Shown here: positions 8,487 through 15,788 of the stretch, piece after piece
Position numbering within the stretch: position 1 is the first letter of the stretch
Layout: each line of letters begins with the position of its first letter
Source of the DNA: Candidatus Kapaibacterium sp.
GTDB lineage: Bacteria > Bacteroidota > Ignavibacteria > Kapaibacteriales > NICIL-2
Direction: 5' to 3'
NCBI GenBank assembly: GCA_016788605.1
Contig: JAEUSO010000001.1
Coordinates: forward strand, 1 to 49,842
Length of the DNA: 49,842 bases
Position numbers and translations under genes: made by a program
Notes under the pieces: model-generated
What the model was told of the DNA's origin: nothing
Database searches by the model: none
Seen by the model: the letters and a program-made list of their open reading frames with translations, nothing else

Positions 8487-8553
8487 TTTTTTGACTTTTT
8501 CGCACATCTAATCTATGAATCTATTAATCTATAGAATAGATACTAAATACCTT
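8487..8553. other. AT-rich region with (AATCTATN)x3, candidate DNA unwinding element
   Basis: A T-run followed by AATCTATG-AATCTATT-AATCTATA (8510..8533), immediately after the iterons. Confidence 0.45.
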
Positions 8554-8617
8554 AATGGAAAGGGTGTGGGAAAACCAAGCATAAGCGACGCGGAGAAAAA
8601 AAATTTTTAGCAAACAA

Positions 8618-9151
8618 ATGGCGATGAGAAAAACGAAACATAAAACCGGCAACCCCTACACAGCCAGTGAATGGCGGTGGCGGTTGCAATGCAAGCACGA
8701 ACCCGAAGCGGTGATAGCGCAGATAACCCGTGTGCCTGTCGGCGATGTGCCGCAGTTCCGCCACGCGGCGGATGTGGCTGCAACGCTGCTCGAATATGCC
8801 ATTCGCCGCTACGACACGTTCGGCGAAGTTCTGACCCCGTTGTGTTGGTTGTGGTCGCTTCGCTTCCTCGCGGATGAACCGGACGCAGTGGCAGTCATCG
8901 AGCAATCCATCAACAACGGCGGCAAGGTGTTCAAGCAGTTCTTCCCGGTTGCGGGCGATACAACCTACCCGGAGCGTCCTCGCCGCATTCGCTACGCCAT
9001 GCGGACGAGCCGCAAACTGCGTTCCGAGCCGTTGCACTACGTCGAGACAGTCCTCAAACCGCGAACGACTGTGTATGCCGAAAGCGCACCAATACCAACC
9101 GTCACGATAGTTCAACCGGATTTATTCACCAATCAAACCGTAAAGCCATGA
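8618..9151 (+). CDS. hypothetical protein
   Basis: 177 aa. ATGA overlap with the next plus-strand gene. Preferred over antisense ORF 8552..9115 because of operon context. Confidence 0.5.
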   Translation: MAMRKTKHKTGNPYTASEWRWRLQCKHEPEAVIAQITRVPVGDVPQFRHAADVAATLLEYAIRRYDTFGEVLTPLCWLWSLRFLADEPDAVAVIEQSINNGGKVFKQFFPVAGDTTYPERPRRIRYAMRTSRKLRSEPLHYVETVLKPRTTVYAESAPIPTVTIVQPDLFTNQTVKP

Positions 9152-9900
9152 GCAAGGATGAATTTGATTTTGAAAAATGGATAGCCGCAACGCTCGATTG
9201 GGTGGCACAGCCGAAACCTTGCGGGCGCGACATCAACCTCTCGAAGCAAGAACGTGAATTGCTTGCGGCGCAACTTCGCACGGACGGCTTCACGTTCGAG
9301 CAAGCGAACAAAGCGTATCACTGGATTAGTCGCGGACAATGGAATCCCTACAAAAAATCCTTGGAGTACAGCGACTTTTTCCCCTACCAAGAGACGATTC
9401 CCGTTGCCGAACACAACCGCATCATGGAATCGGCGACGCAGAAGGCGTACAACCAAGGGTGGAACGCCCACAGCCGCCAAATTGAGCAGCTAAAACGCTC
9501 CGGCGTGATGAATCCGAATGCCGGAGCGGAGAAATTCGACTTCGACATGGGGCGCGATTACCTCGACACGCGCAACAAACTTTCCGATTTACAGAAATCC
9601 CATAACGAATTGCAGCAATCACACACCGAAATCAGCGCAATTCTTGAAAAATTAGTACAAATTGTTGCCAACAAACTCGGAACAACCGTCACTCATCGTT
9701 CCGTCGAGGCGCAATTAGACGCAGCGTTTAGCGGATATGCACAGGGCTTTTCGATGCAAAACTCTTTTCCGGTTTCAACGCCCCTACAATCAACGGAAGC
9801 CATAGAGGGAAAGGAAATTATAGCCGAAACCATTACGGATACAGGTAGCAACCCCACGGCGGCACAAAACGATAATGAAGGGGTTCACCATGACTGGTAA
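9148..9900 (+). CDS. hypothetical protein with coiled-coil segment
   Basis: 250 aa, translationally coupled on both sides. Confidence 0.6.
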   Translation: MSKDEFDFEKWIAATLDWVAQPKPCGRDINLSKQERELLAAQLRTDGFTFEQANKAYHWISRGQWNPYKKSLEYSDFFPYQETIPVAEHNRIMESATQKAYNQGWNAHSRQIEQLKRSGVMNPNAGAEKFDFDMGRDYLDTRNKLSDLQKSHNELQQSHTEISAILEKLVQIVANKLGTTVTHRSVEAQLDAAFSGYAQGFSMQNSFPVSTPLQSTEAIEGKEIIAETITDTGSNPTAAQNDNEGVHHDW

Positions 9901-10237
9901 TGAGCTTCGGGAAATGATGCGGCTTTGCGGGCTTAGCCAAAAACGCCTTGCACAGATGTGTGCATTCAACACAAAATCGAAGGTGAGCCACTCGGTATCG
10001 AGAGGTAAAGGGCAGGTAGAACTGATTTACGAAGTGTGTTTCGAGAATTTCCTCGGTAAGAAACGCTACGAAGGTGCATTGGCACGGGTTGAGGAGATAT
10101 GCCGCGAGAAGTATCCGCATCAGTACCATCAGCACGCTCCGGAGCAAGGTCCGGCGCAAGCTGAGCAATCGCCCGAACCGAAACACAGGGGTTCACAGGA
10201 TGAACTATTCGGCGATGCAGAGGTGGTAGATGAGTAA
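9890..10237 (+). CDS. small HTH (XRE-like) protein
   Basis: MTGNELREMMRLCGLSQKRLAQMCAF. An alternative start is at 9875. Confidence 0.5.
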   Translation: MTGNELREMMRLCGLSQKRLAQMCAFNTKSKVSHSVSRGKGQVELIYEVCFENFLGKKRYEGALARVEEICREKYPHQYHQHAPEQGPAQAEQSPEPKHRGSQDELFGDAEVVDE

Positions 10238-11048
10238 GAATTTACAAATCCTCACCTATCCCGGCGGGAAAGGGCAAATGACCGACTGGATTATATCACA
10301 GTTGCCGAAGCATCGCGTGTACGTCGAGCCGTTCTGCGGCTCTGCGGCTGTGTTGCTCAATAAGCCCGTTGTGCAAATGGAAGTTCTCAATGATGTCTTC
10401 AGTGAAATTGCCACACTCTTCATGGTACTCCGCGACGCTCCGGAGCAACTTGCCGCATTGATTCAGTTCACGCCCTATTCCTACGAAGAGTTCTATGCCG
10501 CTACAACGCTCGAACCATACATGACACCGCTTGAACAAGCGCGGAGAATGCTCATCCGGTCGTACATGGGCTATGGTAGTAAGGCGACACAATACCACAG
10601 CACCGGTTTCCGCCGTCCGTCGCTGCAAACATGGTTCAATGCAATCGAGCAATGGCGCGACCTCCCCGGATTGGTGTTCGATGTATCGGAGCGGCTGAAA
10701 CGCTGTGTGATTGAATCATGCGATGCAATCGAGTGTATGAAACGATGGGATACACCCGATACCCTTATCTATGCCGATCCGCCGTATATGCCCAGTACCC
10801 TGCGCCACAAGGCGGGATTGTATAAGCACATGATGACACCCGAACAGCACGAACAGATGCTGAACTTCCTTACCACATGCGACAGCAAAGTGATTGTATC
10901 GGGCTATCACAGTGAACTTTACGATGACTACCTGCACACGTGGCGCATATCAACCCGCACCACACACACACAAGCCAATACACAAGCGACAGAAGTTTTG
11001 TGGTTTTCGCCCTCGTGCGAAAGCAATCAATTATCATTCATTACCTAG
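10230..11048 (+). CDS. DNA N6-adenine methyltransferase (D12/Dam-like)
   Basis: YPGGKGQ near the N terminus, EPFCGSAAV (SAM motif I) and YADPPYMP (DPPY catalytic motif). Confidence 0.85.
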   Translation: MSKNLQILTYPGGKGQMTDWIISQLPKHRVYVEPFCGSAAVLLNKPVVQMEVLNDVFSEIATLFMVLRDAPEQLAALIQFTPYSYEEFYAATTLEPYMTPLEQARRMLIRSYMGYGSKATQYHSTGFRRPSLQTWFNAIEQWRDLPGLVFDVSERLKRCVIESCDAIECMKRWDTPDTLIYADPPYMPSTLRHKAGLYKHMMTPEQHEQMLNFLTTCDSKVIVSGYHSELYDDYLHTWRISTRTTHTQANTQATEVLWFSPSCESNQLSFIT

Positions 11049-11055
11049 GGTCAGC

Positions 11056-11487
11056 ATGAAACAGTTTGACGACACAATCAACGACATCAACGAGAACGGC
11101 TTCACGTGGAATGAGCGACTTTACACCCGTTCGGGAATGAATGCGGAACTGCTTCGCGTCACATACACCGACCGCAGCCATCACCCGCTGTTCGTTGTAG
11201 AGATAAGCAACGAAGATAAATCTGTAACGAAGCTCATCTACTGCAACAAATACGGTCACTTCCTCTGCTACGCAAACGACACCTACCGCCAATGGGGAAT
11301 AAAGGAATGGGGCTACATCCGCTCCACGACAGCGTACATCCAAAGCCGTGGCGGGCATGACCTCGATATTGTCAATCACCGCACCATCGTTGTTCCGATT
11401 CGCACGTGGTTCAGTTTGCTGTGGCAGAAAATCCAAAAGTTTGGTTCGCGTAACGTGAAGGAATCAACCGGAAGGGGTTCGCTATGA
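11056..11487 (+). CDS. hypothetical protein
   Basis: 143 aa counted from the ATG at 11056 within ORF 10894..11487. ATGA overlap with the next gene. Confidence 0.55.
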   Translation: MKQFDDTINDINENGFTWNERLYTRSGMNAELLRVTYTDRSHHPLFVVEISNEDKSVTKLIYCNKYGHFLCYANDTYRQWGIKEWGYIRSTTAYIQSRGGHDLDIVNHRTIVVPIRTWFSLLWQKIQKFGSRNVKESTGRGSL

Positions 11488-12149
11488 CAATAACAGCAAA
11501 GAAACCGGCACTGCCCCATGCCGATGCGTTCACGATTGCAACAACACTTCTGCAAGCTATCATCCCGTATTCGTTCAACGCACGGACAGCCGGTTCGCTC
11601 CGGCGCGGGCAACCGGTGGTTGGTGATATTGAAATCATCTGCATTCCATACGTCGAGCAAACAGAATCCGATGACCTCTTCAACAGCAATTCACAAGTCA
11701 TCCGGTCGCCCTCATTCATCAAGGCGATTCAGGATTTGCGTATTGATGGTGAAACGCTTGTGGTTATGCGAGGCAGCTATGCAAGCGGACGCTACGTTCG
11801 ATTATATCACTCCCGGATTGACTTCGACCTCTTCATGCCCGAAGCCCACGACTACTACCGCCAGCTTGCCATTCGCACAGGTTCGGCGGACTATTCACGC
11901 TCTGTGATTGCCGCAGCGTGGGTGGCAAAAGGGTGGCGCGGAACAGCCGACGGCTTGCGGTTGGAATCGCAGTGCAAACTGGTAGCCGAAAATCAATGGA
12001 AGTGCATCCACGCGCATCCTGAACTGCCGCCGGTATGGGGCAGCGAAGAAGAGTTCTTTGCATGGCTTGGTATTCCGTACCTGCATCCCTCGCAACGCTA
12101 TGTGCCGCAACCGGAATGGAAGCGGCTTGGCAATACAAAATCATTCTAA
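11484..12149 (+). CDS. minimal PolX-family (DNA polymerase beta-like) nucleotidyltransferase
   Basis: 221 aa. GSLRRGQPVVGDIEII aligns with pol beta GSFRRGAESSGDMDVLL. RIDFDLFMPEAHDYYRQLAIRTGS aligns with [22 protein letters not shown]. The C-terminal FFAWLGIPYLHPSQR resembles the PolX tail. There is no 8-kDa or HhH region. Confidence 0.75.
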   Translation: MTITAKKPALPHADAFTIATTLLQAIIPYSFNARTAGSLRRGQPVVGDIEIICIPYVEQTESDDLFNSNSQVIRSPSFIKAIQDLRIDGETLVVMRGSYASGRYVRLYHSRIDFDLFMPEAHDYYRQLAIRTGSADYSRSVIAAAWVAKGWRGTADGLRLESQCKLVAENQWKCIHAHPELPPVWGSEEEFFAWLGIPYLHPSQRYVPQPEWKRLGNTKSF

Positions 12150-12201
12150 CAATCGCCCCGCAAAGTGCAGGGCGGATTACTCACTAACTTATTTATATCA
12201 C

Positions 12202-12678
12202 ATGCCAGTTGATGTAGAATTGCCGCTTACGGCACAACCGACAGCAGAGGACTTAGCGCAGATTCACAATGCGTACAAACAGATGCTTACGATGCTGAAC
12301 AGCATAGACAGCTCGCCCGATTCGCAAGAGGAGTTTTTAGTCATCGCGCTCCATATCCCTGCGGGCGGAGGTATCCTGAATAATTGCATACTCTCGAAGT
12401 TCAGGAGCAGCAGTCCGGGAACGGCGTTAATCAACACGTTTTACCAACGCCCCGACATAGCAAATGTCATGAAGAATACGATTGACATTTCCATCATTGC
12501 CCGCAACCTTCAGGGCAAGGTAAAACATGACGACGGTAGGGATTACTCACAGGATGAGTTAATCACATACGCAAAGCAATACTACTTCGGTCAGCTTATG
12601 ATGCAGCAAGAGCAGATACGCAAGCGCGAGGATGAATTAGCAGCCAAAAACAAGGCGGCGAAAGAAACAGTGCATTGA
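12202..12678 (+). CDS. hypothetical protein
   Basis: 158 aa counted from the ATG at 12202 within ORF 12058..12678. Coiled-coil C terminus. Confidence 0.5.
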   Translation: MPVDVELPLTAQPTAEDLAQIHNAYKQMLTMLNSIDSSPDSQEEFLVIALHIPAGGGILNNCILSKFRSSSPGTALINTFYQRPDIANVMKNTIDISIIARNLQGKVKHDDGRDYSQDELITYAKQYYFGQLMMQQEQIRKREDELAAKNKAAKETVH

Positions 12679-12711
12679 GTATGAAAATGATTTCTATGCA
12701 ATGGACGACTG

Positions 12712-13494
12712 ATGCTAACGCACCTTGATTTATGCAGCGGGCTTGGTCAGTTTGCTTATGCCGGAGCAGAGATACCCGGATTGACAACATGTGCATTCTG
12801 CGAGATTGACCCATACTGTCAAGCCCAACTGCGATACAATTTTCCCGATGTTCCAATCGAGCCGGATATACGAACACTTGACTACACACGCTATGAACAC
12901 GCAAACTTTATCACCGCCGGTTTCCCCTGCCAAAACATTTCCATCGCCGGAAACGGCGAAGGGCTTAACGGCAGTAAATCAGGCGTGTGGCACTCTGTCT
13001 ATGATGCTGTTAGACACATTAGACCCGCATACATTGCAATCGAAAACACACCTGAACTTGTTCGACGAGGTCTTGGAGTTATCTGTCAGAACCTTGCCGG
13101 AGCAGGGTATGATATTGCGTGGCGAATTATATCGGCTGCAGAGTTCGGCTATCCCCATCGCCGGAGGCGTATCCTTGTGTACGCTACCAACACCCACCGC
13201 ATCCGACGCGATGCGATGTTGCTTTACAGTAGAGCAGTTGAACAAGTCATTTCTGAATCGCAAGAAAAAGAAGTACCCGGCTTGGCGCGGGAATTTGAGC
13301 GACTACGTAGCCCACAGTTTTGGTCACATGATTACGCCAACCTTTGTGCGTTGGATAATGGGTATTCGCACGAAGAGAACGCCGCCGACATCCACGCTGC
13401 GGGCAACGCAGTAACGTATCATTATGCACGTGTTGCAATGCAAGCAACAGCACTGTTTCATAACATTATTCACAACGTAAAGGAGAACCAATAA
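12712..13494 (+). CDS. DNA C5-cytosine methyltransferase, unusually compact
   Basis: 260 aa. Motif I DLCSGLG, motif IV GFPCQNISIAG, motif VI ENTPEL, motif VIII-like FGYPHRRRRILV, motif X GNAV. Very little sequence lies between motifs VIII and X. Confidence 0.8.
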   Translation: MLTHLDLCSGLGQFAYAGAEIPGLTTCAFCEIDPYCQAQLRYNFPDVPIEPDIRTLDYTRYEHANFITAGFPCQNISIAGNGEGLNGSKSGVWHSVYDAVRHIRPAYIAIENTPELVRRGLGVICQNLAGAGYDIAWRIISAAEFGYPHRRRRILVYATNTHRIRRDAMLLYSRAVEQVISESQEKEVPGLAREFERLRSPQFWSHDYANLCALDNGYSHEENAADIHAAGNAVTYHYARVAMQATALFHNIIHNVKENQ

Positions 13495-13814
13495 TGAGTA
13501 CAGAACAAGCATCACAACCAATAGACATCGCCAACTGGGCGATTATGGAATTGATGGGACACCGAACCGTAGCCGGTTACGTGACGAGTGTTATCATCGG
13601 TTCGCACGTGATGATTCGCATTGACATTCATTCAAGCGAAGAATCATTTGCACCGGTGACACAATTCTACAACCCGTCGGCTCTCTATTGTCTCTCGCCT
13701 ACAACCGAAGAGATTTGCCGACGGTACGTTGCCAACAATTCATTCACAAAGCCAGTGTACAGCTATCAACTTGCACTGCCTCAACCTGGTATAACGGAGT
13801 TCGATGATGAGTAA
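13494..13814 (+). CDS. hypothetical phage protein
   Basis: 106 aa. TAATG overlap with the methyltransferase gene. The ELMGHRTVAGYV...IRIDI pattern recalls a conserved phage protein of unknown function. Confidence 0.6.
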   Translation: MSTEQASQPIDIANWAIMELMGHRTVAGYVTSVIIGSHVMIRIDIHSSEESFAPVTQFYNPSALYCLSPTTEEICRRYVANNSFTKPVYSYQLALPQPGITEFDDE

Positions 13815-14052
13815 CCGGAAGAAGAAAAACATCGTCGTTTTGATGAAGGCATGCAACATTATTAATATTGGGATTATGGTCTTAGTAGTGTTACCATACC
13901 TGCTGCATTGTGTTAGCAACGACACTGCACAACATAACACGCTGGCAGTATGGATAGGTCGCCTGTCAATCATCTATCTTTTAGTATTCACTGGATTAAA
14001 GATAGAGGTGATTCTCTCGACGTATCGAGACATATATAAAGGAGTGAAGTGA
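13804..14052 (+). CDS. small two-TM membrane protein, paralog A
   Basis: 82 aa. Clearly homologous along its whole length to the next ORF (shared VSNDTAQ.NT.AVWIG.LSIIY). Confidence 0.65.
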   Translation: MMSNRKKKNIVVLMKACNIINIGIMVLVVLPYLLHCVSNDTAQHNTLAVWIGRLSIIYLLVFTGLKIEVILSTYRDIYKGVK

Positions 14053-14297
14053 TGAGTAACTCCAAGCAAAAAATCTTCGTAGCATTCATAAAGGCATTCA
14101 GTTTTATAGACATTGGCATTACTGTATTTATGATGTTGCCCTACCTGATGCATTCTGTTAGCAATGACACTGCACAACAGAACACGGTGGCAGTATGGAT
14201 AGGTTACCTTAGTATCATATATATCATGCTATTAACTGGGTTGAAGTTAGCGACGTTTACCGAGGCGCATCGAGACATAGATAAGGGAGTAAAGTGA
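14049..14297 (+). CDS. small two-TM membrane protein, paralog B
   Basis: 82 aa. Tandem duplicate of 13804..14052 with overlapping stop and start (GTGATGA). Confidence 0.65.
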   Translation: MMSNSKQKIFVAFIKAFSFIDIGITVFMMLPYLMHSVSNDTAQQNTVAVWIGYLSIIYIMLLTGLKLATFTEAHRDIDKGVK

Positions 14298-14497
14298 TGA
14301 GTGACGCAAAAAAGAAGTACGCCGGAGCATTGGTAGCAGCGATGATGGTAGTTCGTGATAATTCGGATTCACAACTGAAAGACATCATTGTCATCAATGA
14401 GAACACTGAAAAAAACATCGTTGAAAGGTACAATAAGAATTTGGATGCAATGATTGAGAATGCCCGCATTCGTAACAACAAAGGAAAGATGTTATGA
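14294..14497 (+). CDS. hypothetical small protein
   Basis: 67 aa. It has the same MMS start context and GTGATGA coupling as the two paralogs. Confidence 0.5.
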   Translation: MMSDAKKKYAGALVAAMMVVRDNSDSQLKDIIVINENTEKNIVERYNKNLDAMIENARIRNNKGKML

Positions 14498-14979
14498 CAC
14501 ACACAATACAAATCGCCGTCACAAATGAGCAGATGGACGAAATGATTTCTTTTATCATAGGCATTGAGTATCTGTATTCAGTGCTATATCCCAACGTCAA
14601 ACTCGATTTGGATAATGAAATTATACTCTTTCACGGATTCATTCACATAGTGAATACTATTGGCGTTCACATCTATGGTAATGAATATCAAAGCCGTAAG
14701 GATGCGATTTCAGGGAAAATCCGACCGTTGTTTGACAAACATTTTTTGGATGATGCAGAACCAACCACGCCGGATACTGACATCAGAAAAAAAATAGATG
14801 TTACAAAGCCGGTAGAGTTTGTCGGTAATGATATACCCATAGTATCTGCGTTCAAACAAAAGCGTGTTTTCATAAACGCTCTATTCAAGGATAGGATGGT
14901 ACTATGTGATTATGATGAATACGGTTGCAATGAAGAGTATCATTCATCAATGCAAATTCGCAATACAGATAATCAGTGA
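14494..14979 (+). CDS. hypothetical protein
   Basis: 161 aa, AT-rich, the last gene of the plus-strand operon. Confidence 0.55.
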   Translation: MTHTIQIAVTNEQMDEMISFIIGIEYLYSVLYPNVKLDLDNEIILFHGFIHIVNTIGVHIYGNEYQSRKDAISGKIRPLFDKHFLDDAEPTTPDTDIRKKIDVTKPVEFVGNDIPIVSAFKQKRVFINALFKDRMVLCDYDEYGCNEEYHSSMQIRNTDNQ

Positions 14980-14997
14980 CAACCGATCCGTAACAAC

Positions 14998-15029
14998 AAA
15001 GCCCGGCTGCATAGCGCAACCGGGCTTTT
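14998..15029. terminator. bidirectional rho-independent terminator between convergent operons
   Basis: AAA-GCCCGG...CCGGGC-TTTT hairpin, with T-rich flanks on both strands. Confidence 0.7.
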
Positions 15030-15065
15030 CTCTGTAAGTATGTCTGTAAGTATAGGGGTATAGTT

Positions 15066-15239
15066 CTACTTTGTAGAAGATGCTTTCAGTTTCGCTTCCT
15101 CTTGCAATTGCTTCTTCAACTTACGCCGCCGTGATTGCATTTTTTTCTTGTTCATAATCGCGCGGAACTCTGCAAGTTCTTTATCAGACCACCTGCCGGG
15201 TACGACGACAAAATCAACATCTAATGGTTCTCGAATCAT
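15066..15239 (-). CDS. small basic protein (57 aa), not in the supplied ORF track
   Basis: Hand translation gives MIREPLDVDFVVVPGRWSDKELAEFRAIMNKKKMQSRRRKLKKQLQEEAKLKASSTK. Its ATG overlaps the GNAT stop codon (ATGA). Confidence 0.45.
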   Translation of the reverse strand: MIREPLDVDFVVVPGRWSDKELAEFRAIMNKKKMQSRRRKLKKQLQEEAKLKASSTK

Positions 15240-15775
15240 TCAAACCTCCAAAAGCTTTTGAAATACCTCTCAACTAACTTTCTTGCACGTGTTTCATCAA
15301 TATGTAATCGTAATGACCTGCCGACTTGCTCTGCACCTAAACTTTGTATGTAGTGCTGAACCAAACCGGATTTTGACAAGAATGCAACATATCCCTGATA
15401 GCCACGCTCGAACGCTGTTTTACAGGCAAATGCAAACATGTTGCCAGCTACTCCACGATACATCCTTTTCCTGCCTTGATTGTGCTTCGCAGAGTTAATC
15501 AAATTTACGAAAATATGGTCTCCCATATCCATAATACTGATAAGCCCTTGTATGACAGACGGATTGCCGACGACAGTTAGTTTGTACACCTCCGTTTGTT
15601 GTTGTTGTATCTCATCTGACCAATCAAAACTCCAGTCGGCGCTATTCAATTTTGCAACGTCGGCGGGTGTCATCCTTGTACAGACCGTATCGAAGGATTC
15701 CCCCTGTGCGTTTTCAATCGAGTTCGTGAGTTTATCAACGGTGATGGAAATTTCCCGTTTGTACGGTGTTTTCAT
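15236..15775 (-). CDS. GNAT-family N-acetyltransferase
   Basis: 179 aa from the ATG at 15775, 13 nt after the upstream stop. The acetyl-CoA-binding-like region is KRMYRGVAGNMFAFACKTAFERGYQGYVAFLSKSGLVQHY. Confidence 0.65.
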   Translation of the reverse strand: MKTPYKREISITVDKLTNSIENAQGESFDTVCTRMTPADVAKLNSADWSFDWSDEIQQQQTEVYKLTVVGNPSVIQGLISIMDMGDHIFVNLINSAKHNQGRKRMYRGVAGNMFAFACKTAFERGYQGYVAFLSKSGLVQHYIQSLGAEQVGRSLRLHIDETRARKLVERYFKSFWRFE

Positions 15776-15788
15776 GGATGAGATTGTG

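Noticed and set aside
8552-9115. A 187-aa minus-strand ORF opposite 8618..9151.
   Set aside because: The plus-strand ORF is ATGA-coupled to the next early gene and matches the operon direction. This remains uncertain because neither frame has a recognisable motif.
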